Assembly (NCBI RefSeq): GCF_964355755.1
Contig: NC_092675.1
Coordinates: forward strand, 22,726,912 to 22,790,911
Direction of reading: 5' to 3'
Source: Antedon mediterranea
Taxonomy: Eukaryota > Animalia > Echinodermata
Length of the DNA stretch: 64,000 nt
The notes beneath the pieces were generated by a model that was not told where the DNA came from, made no database searches, and was given only the letters and a program-made list of their open reading frames with translations. This document shows positions 22,655-35,188 of this stretch, piece after piece. The position numbers and the translations under genes are program-made. Within the stretch, counting starts at the first letter, position 1; each line of letters begins with the position of its first letter.

Positions 22655-25600
22655 ATGGTAGATAATGTGCAAGCAACTGGGAAAAACGGGTATGCTACAT
22701 CAGAATGTGCAGAAACACAAGGACATCCTAAGACTATAACTGCTGTTGCTGGCCGACCAAAAGAAGACCTGAACGTGACACTGACAGGTAAAAACACAGA
22801 TACTGCTGCTGCTGCTGAACATACACCACCAACAACAGGCTCAAGCCCAGCAAACCAGGAAGTACAAGCAGTTTCTCAAGAAGGGATGAATGAACGAGGC
22901 GAAGGTGTTCAAGAGTTCAACAAGGAAGGCAAATTAACAACAATATGCAAAGGTGAAACCAATACAAATTCAGAAAAAATAATCCAGTCAGTTGAAAAAA
23001 AGGAATTGAAATTTGTAATAGATCAGGACTCGACTGCAGCACCAAAGAATCTTTCTAAAAACAAAGTTAATAAACAATCAAAACAGAATACTATGAAAAT
23101 ATCACAAAAGAAAATAAAGAAGGGTATCTTCATTTCATACTCTCCCAATGGTGGCTATGAGGAACGGAAGTTTGTTGCAGATACAGTTAAACAATTTAAA
23201 GAAAATAGTTTAAGTGAAGACATTTGGTTTGACAAAGATGAAAAGAATACAAATAGTCCTGCATGGTTTTCACAGCGCATGGAGGCATCTGAGAGATGCC
23301 GTGCCTCAGTTTGTTTCTTATCTGAAAGTTATTTCCAATGTCCTGTATCGATATATGAAGCAAGATGCCTTTTAGAAAGACGGCGTGGAGATAAACCGCC
23401 AAGAATATTCGCAGTTCTGTTAATAGATTCAATTAGCATTCCAAATGGGTATACTGAACTGATGGTTAATAGCATTAATTTAACAGGGTCTTATGCTAGT
23501 TTGAGTTTAGCCGAGAAATCTTCACTTGTGATTGGTAAATTTATGGAAGATCTTGAAGCTTGTGCTTCTGTATTTGCAGCAAATACCCCAATTACCCCAG
23601 AAATGGACTTTACAGAAGATTACAAACAAAAGAAGCTATGTCGATGGACTGCAAATGACGTACAGAGCTGGTTATACTACCTAGGAATTCGGGAATTTTT
23701 TCAGCAAAGCTTCGCAGAACAGGCAGTTGATGGATTTTTATTGATGTCATTGATAGATTCTGATTTATCTGAACATCTTGCAATAGACAGTCGTGTCGTA
23801 CGAAAAAAACTACTTCAGCAGATTTTTCTCACGCTTGAGAAGGAACAACGTTTGCAAGATAACTGGCATTTACGTTTACGCACACATCGCTCTCGTGCTG
23901 AGATTGTTTATCTCATTTATGATCCAGCTGATGTGAGGCTTGCGCAAAATTTTAAACAAGATCTACAGCGCAAGAATCTACAGGTAATTAATACAGTACA
24001 CATTACGACGTCCGTATTTGTCCGCATAAAATAATTATTTTAATAAAAAAAACAAAAGTTGAGGGTGATTACACTAAAAACAGCTGCTAGTCCATAATTA
24101 TTATAATAGTTCATTCTTATATAGCGCATATAAGCAAGCTCTCAATGCGCTGAAACATTATTACCTCAGTCATTTTTTTGGATCAAACACGTATGGAAAC
24201 ATACTTCCATAATGCATCGAGTAATCAGCGCAAAGTTCTGTCTTGATCTAACCGGGTACCCATTTATACACCTGGGTGGAGAGAGGCAAACGTAAGTAAA
24301 GTATCTCGCCTAAGGATACAAGCAATGCGGCAAGAGTTGGATTCGAACCTCGGTCTCACGATCAGTAGTCCAACACCCTGCGCCACACGCCCTCGCATAA
24401 TAATAACTGATCCTATTATTATATAATAGCTGAGGTGGTGTCTGGGGTAACGGTTGATAGGTTCTAACTGTATTTATTAAATACTTGTACATTTTCGGGT
24501 AGTGGCATGTTGGAATTTATTAAACAAATCTTTTTTTTTAATAACAGTGTGGTCTATACAAATTGAATGAATTCAAATTTCACCACCATAAATGACATGA
24601 CAATGAACTCTTGTTTGTTTAAGTTTGAATGACTTTTTTTAGACAATATGTATACTGCCTTCCACTTTGAAGACTAAATGGGTCAGATTGTATTTTGTGT
24701 ATGCTATTGCTATGGTGTTCAACTATCTAATTCTTTGATAAACAATCATTACAGTGGTTTACACTGTGTACAGTCCATTGCATTTATCTATGCAACAATA
24801 CACAAATGAGGACTAACACTAACAGTACGAATTGTCTCAGGGCCGAATCGTCCTGGAACCTAAACAACCAATACAAAGTAATGTTTTCGTGTTTTGAACA
24901 CTTTACTAGTACTACTTCATTCATTGTATGTTGTACAATAAAACACACAAGTATACAATACACAGAGCATTGTATCATTTTCAGGTTGGGTTTTTCATTG
25001 ATTACTTTGTAGTTAATAATTGCCATCTCATCATCAATTATTCACCAACTGGTTGTTATGTTGTACTGTGGATTAAGAATAACAATTGTAGGCCATAATC
25101 TTTTGTGTATGCACTGACTGTACTGTGACTTACTGTAGATAATAGACCCTATTGTGAGGCACATCAAAGGTGTCTTGGAACTCCAAAGAAACATTCAACC
25201 TCAATGTTAGAATACTGATTACATTGTAAAGACCTACTATTGTTTTAGCTCATGAAGAATATAGACTCGCCTCACAACACAAAAAAATCCAAACATAGTG
25301 CAATCCCCATCCACCATATTACTGATGTTACAGATTAACATTTTGTCAATCAAAATTCTCATGATTTAAAATTTACTCATTGGATCAACTAACTTAAAAC
25401 TAATAGTATTTAATTATAGTTTCACTTCACAAAAGAATTTCCTGAAAATTTACATTGTGCATACAAATTCACAAACAGAACACATTCTGTATGGATTTTT
25501 TTAAATTTCAATCATTATTTACTGAAGTAACTATAAAATCTGCCAGTGCCAGACAATGAATTTTTATTTCAAATTGACCTGTTTATTTTGACTTTTTATA

Positions 25601-27642
25601 AGTGAAATCATTTTTTTTTTCAACGGAAGTGAATAACGTTATTAAAAATGCAGAATAACCTATTCAAAGTTTGATTTTTAATCTCATATTTTTGGGAACA
25701 ATGCATCTTTAATATTAACACTTACTTATTGCAGATTTAATTTAATGTTTTAAACTAAACATTTAATACTTAGGTTTGATTTTACCATTTGTTACTCTTT
25801 CAGGTTTTAACTCACGATAAGTTGGGTCAGTCTAAAGAGGAATTTCTTCAAATCAATGGCCGACTGCTGGCTCAAGCAAAGAACGTTATTGTTCTTCTCA
25901 CAGAAGCATCGGTCTTGTCTCCATTTGTCTTCCATGAAGTGCTCTTTGCTGACTGGCTTGGCAAAACATTAGTTACAGTAATGTTCAAGAATGTATGGAG
26001 TAGAATGCGGCCATCTTTAAAAGCTGTATTAGGTTAGTTTGTATTGAACCCTAGTACTTGAAGTTAGTTTTAATTACTACTTTAATACTACTATACAGTA
26101 CTTTTTATTAATGTACTTTTTGGAAAGAAAATTGCTATTTAAATTAATCATGTGCTAACGCGACTCTACAGCTCACTATGTCAGTCGGTAAACATTACCT
26201 CAAATTTGCGCAGGCGACTGCAGTCATGTATATGGCCTTTTTTTCAAAGATTCTTTAAAGATTCTCTACTGGACTCTGGAAACAAAAACTTCTGTTACTT
26301 TTAGGTTATATTACTGCAGACGCAATTTTAAACTAATAAAAAAAGGGACAATCAAAAACTCAAACTGTATCTTTCCTTCTTATCTTAAAATCCATAGGGG
26401 AATGTTCAGCTATTGACTTTGAGACAAAGATGTATTGCGATGGTATGGACATACTTCACCACCATATCAAACCTTTAAGGAAAGTTCCTGGTGTTGTATT
26501 AGCACAGAGTTACTTGAATAGGATAAGTGAAGGCATAAAACCACTTCAGATTTTAGCAGTATCAACCAGTAAGTATAGTAGAATAATTGACTCCTGTTAC
26601 TATCATTTTGTTGAATTTGTACTTTTATATTGATATTGATTCATAATCATGTCGCATTTATTTGGTATTTGCTGTTCAGCATCATCGATATTGCTGTGTT
26701 ACTGGAATACAATATAAACAGATTTAATCAAACATATGATATACACACAATGAATTGATTTGACATTACTTGTTTCTCTAGGTCAGTAGTCATTGCAAAG
26801 TGAAAGCTCTCTTATGTGAAATGATGCGATATTAATTGACTGCTTGACTTGAACTTAACTCTTATAAGGTCTTCAACAGTACATTTCCCCCAACATATGA
26901 TGACAAAAAATACAGTAAGCTTTCCCAATACTGTAACACACTTGGGCTGAGGTGGCACAATAATTTCTGGTTTTCGGAGTACAATTTTTTGTCTACAGAG
27001 TCTTCTATTATCTGCATTTCTTGGTCTTACTGTAATTGTATTGATTAGCTATACTATTATGTTTTTGCAATCAAGTTTTACCACATACTAAGGGATACTA
27101 TGCTAATTAATTCAAATGGAATAATTTTCTCAGATGATGGCTGGTCAACTGATGCTCCACAGCCAAAGGTGTTCATCAGCTACCAATGGGACATGCAGAA
27201 TAAGGTGCAAGAAATCAAGCGGATTTTAGAAGCCAATGGCATGCCATGCTGGTCTGACATCACTCCAACAATGACACGAGGAAGCAGCAGTATCAGTTCT
27301 AGAAGCAGCTTGATATCATTGGCAACATCTTCTGAATCCCTTCAGAGTCACATTCAGCGCAACATGAAAGCTGCTCAGATTGTTCTCTGCTGTGTCACTC
27401 CACGGTATCTCCAATCAGATAATTGCGCAAAAGATCTTGTTCTTGCAGATCAATTACAAAAACCTATTATACCGGTTTTACTGCGGTTTATTGCATGGCC
27501 CCCCGACACTGGTCCGTCTCAAGTGAAAAAGATTTTATCACAGACAAGTCAGATTGACCTCAGCAATGACAAACTTTACAAACAGAACTTTCATTTACTC
27601 TTAGATCGGATTCGTCGACAACTTACTCAGCAGAAGACATAG
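22655..27642 (+). CDS. TIR-SAM-TIR-TIR domain protein (about 745 aa, 4 exons)
   Basis: Exons 22655-23983, 25804-26032, 26398-26568, 27134-27642 (GT-AG, phases consistent, 2238 nt). TIR1: KGIFISYS..IWFDK..CFLSESYFQCPVSIYEA. SAM: WTANDVQSWLYYLG..F.EQAVDGFLL..RKKLL. TIR2-like: VYLIYDPAD..VIVLLTEASVLSPFVFHEVLFA. TIR3: KVFISYQWD..CCVTPRYLQSDNCAKDL..KPIIPVLL. Confidence 0.88.
24098..24397 (-). mobile_element. tRNA-derived SINE with conserved core and L2-like tail (second copy 49588-49872, plus)
   Basis: Both copies share TGTTGGACTACTGATCGTGAGA..GAGGTTCGAATCCAACTC, the core TGCCTCTCTCCACCCAGGTGTA.A.ATGGGTACCCGG and a TAT-repeat tail. Confidence 0.8.
26140..26245 (+). mobile_element. Short dispersed repeat, Helentron/HINE-like (second copy about 29270-29357)
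   Basis: Shared TACAGCTyACTATGTCrGTCGGTAAA...GCGACTGCAGyCATGTATATGGCCTT in T-rich flanks. The family call is by resemblance only. Confidence 0.4.
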
Positions 27643-30634
27643 AATTGTTATTTTAATAGTCAACTACCTTCTGAGACTCCTCATGGTTATCAACTACCCT
27701 CTTGTGGTTAAGTTTAGGCTAGACTTAGTTAGGTATTTCTTGTAGTGAGGGTAGTTGTGTTAGTAGTCTCATGAGGTGTGGTCCAGGGGCTAGTTGACAG
27801 TCCTAGAATAGTTTTTTTACATATAAAAATGCTACATAATTAAATGCTGTTTTGTATGATGTTTGATATTGAATGTCATCTCTTTCAACCAGGGTTGCTT
27901 AGTCAGCAAGAAATTGGTCTTTTCATAGACAAAGGATAAATAATTCAAATCTAAAAAAAAAATGATTTTTAGGAAGAATAGCCATGCATGCCCAGAGAGA
28001 ATGTAAAACTTGGTAATAATCTTGGTGGTGGTCCTCGTGCTTCCATGAATTTGATATATTTTATGTGAAAAATGCAAAAATAATGTTACCAATGAATGAA
28101 TTTAATTAGAATTCATTAACAGTATTATTAAAGGTTTTGAGAATTTATATTTATTAATCTAAATTTGAGTGCTGTTTGCAATACTTCCTTTAAATAATTG
28201 TAATTTTGGAAATTGTGTATACCTTACAAACATTTGATGTAGTGCAGGTTTGATATGAATTATGTTCTAAATCCTAGGAATGCACCATTTTTATTTGATC
28301 AAGGCAAAGTTAATCAGAGTTTAGAAATTGGTAAACAATGATATTGTGATCATATTTTCTTTGTAATCGTTATAAATTGTTTAGCATGATTGAGAAAGAT
28401 ACAAGTTTGTTATATTCCCAAAACACTCCCCTCTTCTTTCTCCAGACCCAACAGCTTCTCCAGTCCCAACACCTTTTCACAGCACCAACCTCTTTTCACA
28501 GCACCAACCCGTCTAAAAACATTCTCCAGTCCTACAGCTTCTCCAGTCCCAAGACTTTATCCAGTCTCTCACCTTTTTAAGTCTCTCACCTTTTTAACAC
28601 CCTTTTCTAGCCCTAATGTTTTATTTTACTAATATTTATGATTGTAAAATTGTAACTGCATTTCATATAAATGATGTTCTAACAAATGGAACCGAATGTA
28701 GTGCCTTCGTGCAGTCAGCTTTTACCAAAAATATAAATATTTGTACGCAAACAAATAATACATGTTGTCTTTAAACCGTAATAGTATTACGTACTGCAGT
28801 AATTTACGTACTGCAGTAATTTTAAATGTATGATATATGTAAATATGTTGCGTGTATGCCTATAAATAATGTTGTTAAATGACGACTGAAATTTGTATCA
28901 AATAAGTACGATTAGTTTTACGTTTTGCGTTACGATTAGTTTACAGACGTAATTTAATTAGATAGAATAATCTATGTGCCATATCCAATATTCTTAATAT
29001 ATTTTGGTAGCTGTAATTCAGACCACCGTGCAAGTTAAATCAATATTTTGGTTTTGTAACTTGTAAACAAATTAATTATATATATTTGTAATTAAACAGA
29101 GTTGGAATGCCACCTGCTGCATGTTAAGATCATATTTTGTCATTGATTAGGCCCTACACTCATTAAAACTCATTAATATCAATTGAACAACAACCACTGA
29201 ACGACTTCCAAACATTTTAAAATCCAATTTTAACATTTAGCTTCTCCATTAGCCCTACCCTAGACATCTTGTTATTAGTCTACAGCTTACTATGTCGGTC
29301 GGTAAAGACTAACTCAAATTTGAGCACGCGACTGCAGCCATGTATATGGCCTTGTTAAATTGACTATAACTTTACCAAAGGCTGAGTAACTGACAAGTTA
29401 CAAGTGTGCAGATCTTGAAAAAGAGTAAAGCGACGAATAATTAAAATTGTTGACAACAACTCACTGTAATGTTTTCTACCCTACTGACTCGTGGTCTAGG
29501 GCATTTATTTCAAAAATGCATAGGCCAGAGGCCTAAACTATAACAATATTTTGATAAATACAATAATAAGTTAATAATAGATAATTACGATACTGATTAT
29601 TTTGTTATACGCACAAAGTAGTCATTTCGAAAGTCGTTGTCAGACTTGAAACAAATCATGTATGTTTTTTGCTTTAGTAGGCCTAATTCTTTAGTCTATC
29701 CTAGTTCTTAAAATAACGGTTGTTATTATGTAAAACAGACATAAATTACACATTTTACATATCTGACCCAGTTAGGCCTATTTACGCAATTTTGATGGAC
29801 AACCCTTTCTCTCCCATACCCTGGTGTCTTCACTGTTGCTGAATGCATTGAATATTTATAAGAACCATACGTCAGAGTTCGGAAAAACATCTTTTTATAA
29901 TCGTCAATTGACATTTCATTTCTGAAATACAGTTATACCAAACCAAAGGATTCTTTTTGTGACCTTTAATTTCTGACCTCAAATTCTGTGGATTAAAATG
30001 CATATCAACTCTACCCTCACCTCTAACAGTCAATTTGTTTAAGATTAGGAACTAGGCGTATCGTGCTCTATCACGACAGAGGAACACCGCACATAAAAAT
30101 AAATCTCCCAACTAGGTAAATTAAAGGTAGGAAAAGCTTTTACTGTTACCATTCCAAACCTTAAACGTTTGTGCACATTTTTATATTAATTTGTAGGTAT
30201 GCTTTGTTTGTGTCGTTGAGTTATATCATAGCCTAAATACACTAAATTAATCCCAATCTGAACTTAATCCAGCAACTTAAATGCTTATCCTTAACTTAAG
30301 TGCTTTACCACAGAATCGTCGAGCTGTTATTTCACATTCGTAGGTAGGATAATGTGGAAAGTTCCATCCAGCATTGCAACATCTCGTTTGTTTGCTGTTT
30401 GTCTTTGCAAGTAATCTTAATTAAAAATATAATATTACTTGTTGTTGGACAATCAGTGTGAACAATCATAGATTGGCTTTGATATCTGTATTTCGTTTTA
30501 ACAAAATGAGTTGTACATTTTACAGAAGGATGTTTTCGAATAATTATCATAATATATTGATGATAATAATAATAAGAATGCACAGTTTTTACTAATTTAT
30601 ATTATATGTAATTTTTACTAATTGTCTATCATGG

Positions 30635-31510
30635 TTAAACAAAAAGTGGCAATCCAAGCGATTTGGTTCTAATCTTCTGTAAGAGGTCTTCCGCTGTTGG
30701 TCTCGAATAGCGATCTTCCTCCCAACAGTCCTTCATGAGTTGTCGCAAGGGCGCAGGACAATCTTCTGGTATGGTAGGACGAACACCGTTCACCGCTACT
30801 AACCACATTATCTGGTAGTGATTATCGGCACCTGCATGAGGTATCCCGCCGGTAAACAGTTCCCAGATAACCACACCCAAAGAATAAACGTCTGATTTCT
30901 CTGACGCCAGCCTATCGCGGATCATTTCAGGAGCCATCCACGCCGCACTGCCCTTTTCTTGTGACGTCATTGAAGTACCCTTTTTACTAAACTTAGCAGT
31001 ACCAAAATCGCACAATTTTAATTGATTTTCCGTTATCAAATAATTGGGGCTTTTAATATCTCTATGTGCGATGTGGATTGATCCCAAGTAGCGGACAGCC
31101 TCAGTCGCGTGCTCGGTCCATCGATAAAAGTGTTCAGTCGTCAATCTATCTCCATTCCTACATCTTAGATAGTTATACAGACTACCACCGGCAGCATACT
31201 CCATAATAATGTAGTGATCTGGTGACTGTAAAATTGTTCCATATGTTTCAATAATGTGTTCGTTTTTTAAACGGTCCAGTATTTCGCGCTCGTTTGGTGA
31301 CAACGCCAGTACCTTCTTAGCTGCTACGATTATGCCACGTTCGGTCCATTCTGCCTTATACACGCTGCTAAAGGTACCCTGTCCACATACGTGAAGCATC
31401 TTAAATTCTTTAATTGATGAAATCTCTTCAATATTATTGTTAATTTCAAGTGGTGAGTACGATTTTGAGGGTTGCACTCTACCCTTTATCTTGTCTAATA
31501 ACTTCTTCAT
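30635..31510 (-). CDS. Intronless Ser/Thr protein kinase, TKL group (MLK/ZAK/TAK1-like MAP3K), kinase domain only, 291 aa
   Basis: Single ORF with GQGTFSSV, VAAK, HRDIKSPN, DFG, GSAAWMAPE, SDVYSLGVVIWE and CW..D...RP. Confidence 0.92.
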   Translation of the reverse strand: MKKLLDKIKGRVQPSKSYSPLEINNNIEEISSIKEFKMLHVCGQGTFSSVYKAEWTERGIIVAAKKVLALSPNEREILDRLKNEHIIETYGTILQSPDHYIIMEYAAGGSLYNYLRCRNGDRLTTEHFYRWTEHATEAVRYLGSIHIAHRDIKSPNYLITENQLKLCDFGTAKFSKKGTSMTSQEKGSAAWMAPEMIRDRLASEKSDVYSLGVVIWELFTGGIPHAGADNHYQIMWLVAVNGVRPTIPEDCPAPLRQLMKDCWEEDRYSRPTAEDLLQKIRTKSLGLPLFV

Positions 31511-34500
31511 GCTTAGGCCTACAGATCAAAATGACAATTCAATGGTTAATGATGATTAATATTGATGACTTCATTCGATAAAGCATATTTTAGAGAATTC
31601 CTTCTTCAACCCGAAAGATACCGATATTGTGTCAAAGCCTTGTCTTTCACTAGCAAATTGGGTTTGCGAACACGGTTTGGTAATAAAGTTGTCAAATGTT
31701 TGCCAATGTAGTAATGTTTTCAGAAGTTAGCCTAGCCCCTTTTTGACAAAATACGTTTGTTTACCCAAGTTTCTGAACTCAGTGAACCAAATAACAGAAT
31801 TTTATTATGTAGTCAGCTGGCAAAATGAAAAATCTAGTTTTGACATACACCTTAATCCTCTCTAAACACTGGCGACCTGCTCGCATTTGCAAAGGAAAGT
31901 TTATTCTGGAGGTTGTTAATCAAGTTTGGTCATTCTCAAATGTGATATTATTTGACAGTGAAAACAGACGTGAGAATTAGACCATGGCCGGTATATGTTA
32001 GTAATAGGTTCAATGATGAACACTCCTGTCCTGTCTTTGTTGTCTATAAAGGCCTAGGCAGCATCTAAGAAGTTTTAAAATTACATAATAATATCAACAT
32101 ACAAACTTAGGCTACCTTACCTTACGATTTCAACATTAGTGATGAAAAGTACAGAGCCCACCTGTTGGATCTGTAGTTTCCTAACACGTATTAATAGAAG
32201 TCTTGTTTAAACATCATGAATTTTGTTTAACCCTATTGTTACCAATAATACTATATTTATATCTGCTTGAATAAGTTACAATAGCTTACTGTAAGTATAG
32301 AATAATGAAGTCATCTTCAGCGAATCAGAAGACAACACTCAACTTGGTCAAATGTCATCCTAAAATTATTCATACCACATAGTTATTTAGGTGTATTTGC
32401 GGCATGACCAAGTTACGTTAGAATTTCGTTTAATAGGTTTGGTTTTAAAATTTATTTAAATCAAAAACCCAAGAATGATTTTCTTCATGACGAATGAAGA
32501 GCTGCTGAACGTATTCTGCCGAAGAAGTTTGTTCCACTTCCTAGCACGTAGCCTATATCCTTTGCTGTAAAGTCAAACATTGTTCAAGAGGAGTCACGCG
32601 TGTTTCAGTGTCGCCCCGACACCCTCCCTCCCACCCCCACTCACTGCTGGTACAATGCTCTAAACAGGGAGTTGTCTGCTCTAAACCATGGTGGTTTCGT
32701 ATAGTTCCACAATGTACACACGCCCTCTCAGTAGCACTTGATAGATTGGAAAAAATCCATGCCTATACGATTCTAATGTATGTTTTATTCAGAAATACAC
32801 ATTGTTCAGCAAACAAACTTTGACTCCAGGCAACAGTTGGAAAGTTACGGATTTTCAGACTTACTTTTAGTTCAGTCCTCAGCGTTATCAAAATGATCCT
32901 ATGAATTATGAGGCAGAAATTGCATATAGGCCTACAATTTTAGAGGGAAACTTACCGTATCTGAGGCAGAATGGCATAAATTAGGACATTTTAGGGGAAT
33001 GGTCTTATCTGAGGCAGAAATGGCATAAATTATGATATTTTCAATAAAATATGTTCAACTGTCCAGAATGTATTGAACGGAGAAGAGATGGATGTTTAGT
33101 GTTTTCTTTACTTTAATTGTAAGTTCGTGGTAACTATCACTATGTGCTCTTTGTATTTTAAATACTGTGATTTTGTTTATACAGTACTTTTCATGGTAGT
33201 GTCATTGATGTAAATGGTAATATTTCTATGACAATACATCCTATTTAATTATTATTAACCTGTAATAAATGAATGCGGTGTTACTGAAACGAATGTAAAT
33301 AGGCCACATCAAATGAAATATGATTGAAATTTGATGTTTTTACACGGTATACCTTTCATGACATTAATCAGTACCTATGTCAGAAATATTATAGTCAGTA
33401 TTACCCTGTAAAAATGCTGTGTTCGTTTTCATTGAAACGAATGTGAACAGTTCACTACTTCAAATGAAATACCAGTACTGCTATAATATGGTATCGACAA
33501 ATGTTAACCGTTAACATTCGTCAATTTCACATTATAGTAGTACGTGAAATGATCTAACAAAAGAAAAAATAAAATAAATACTGAACAAACAGCATTTCGC
33601 ATGTGTTGAAATGCTTGCCGAGTGTTGGTCGTTGTATTCGCTCAGGTAGATGTAGGCCTCAGTTAATTCCTCTGGGATTGTCTGAATGTCAGATGACAAT
33701 CATCACTATCCGTTCTTAATTACTATGTAATACAGACCAAACATGTTTTCCTTCACATTTTAACAAAATCAGGTTGGTGTTTCCTTCCTCCAGATTAAAG
33801 TTATGCAGGTGAAGTTTTGTCTTTGTTCACGTCTTAGGACAGGTTAATGTCTTAAGTTAAACTCCAATCTGAGAATGAAACTACCGCCCGAGAGCACGCG
33901 TATGGGTGCCTTGTTCGATTAGTACATTTAATTTAACTAAAACTGTAATAACGTTAAGCCAAATTACATATAGTTAATTATACGACATATTACTATAAAC
34001 TATATTGCATATTAAATCTGAAAACAATATTCTTCCATTCTCCTAAATTAAATAAAATTATGTTAACTAGGAATAACATGTATTGTATATTTTATATATA
34101 ATATATATTATAAAAAAACAACTTTTTCTAAGAAATCTATATTTAAAAATCTATTTATTATGATATGCCTACCAATGAGTTGATATGGAAAGAGCGATCG
34201 TTTTATGATGTTTATTCTGCAGTAGGCTAAGTGCATAATGATAGTTTCGTGTTCTAAAAACCAGCATTTATAATGATTAATATTGATAAACATAAACGTT
34301 TATCTAAATTACACTCATATTCGAGCACTTTGTTTTTCAGAACCATAATGTGTATCAAAAGTCGTTTTTTTAATGAGATACTGTACGGGTAGGTCTATGG
34401 CATCAATTCCATTGTAAACTCACTTCAATACGGTATTGTTGTTATTTTTATTTTACGGCGTGTTTCTATTTGTGAACAATTCAAAATTATTACTGATAAA

Positions 34501-35016
34501 TGAATGTTTTCCTCTTATAAGACTTTTCCAAAAAATATAATTTATTTTTCGCTGTAATAGTCAAACAAACAAATGACGGAAGTTAGGCAGTAAGGTCAAC
34601 TTCATTTTTTCATCCATACTGCCTGAATTGCCAGACGTACCTCTTAAATTATTTTAGAACAAAGATCGACTACGTATCCTAATATTAGGCCTACTGCACG
34701 GAAAGTATCAATTAATATAAAAATACAATTTAGAGCAATTATGAACAGGAACATAAATATATAGCGAAATAAATAACAAAATCCGAACCGATTTTCAGAA
34801 TTTCATATGAAACCACCATCATAAACAATTGAGTAGTACCCGTTTGCTTCGTGTTTTACGCTTTGAAAGGATACAACGGTAAACGGAAAAACATTTTTAA
34901 CTTTTTAAATCATAGAAAAAACTATACTCAGTTTATTTTTTTTTATGTCTTTATAGGCACATGTGGCCAAGGATTACCAATAGTTTTTGCAATCTCCATT
35001 TGTAATAGTTTTTAAC

Positions 35017-35188
35017 AGTATTTTAACATAGGCCTAGGCCTATAAATAGTATTTTAACATAGGCCTAGGCCTATAAATAGTATTTTAACATAGGCCTATA
35101 AATAGTATTTTAACATAGGCCTATAAATAGTATTTTAACATAGGCCTATAAATAGTATTTTAACATAGGCCTATAAATAGTATTTTAA
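35017..35188. repeat. 26/32-bp tandem minisatellite
   Basis: AGTATTTTAACATAGGCCT(AGGCCT)ATAAAT repeated about 6 times. Confidence 0.9.

Noticed and set aside
26782-26830. Extra exon of the TIR gene after TTTCTCTAG
   Set aside because: The required phase gives an immediate TAG, and exon 3 splices in frame directly to 27134.
28430-28615. ORFs 28377-28632
   Set aside because: This is pyrimidine-rich low-complexity repeat downstream of the TIR gene with no recognisable protein.
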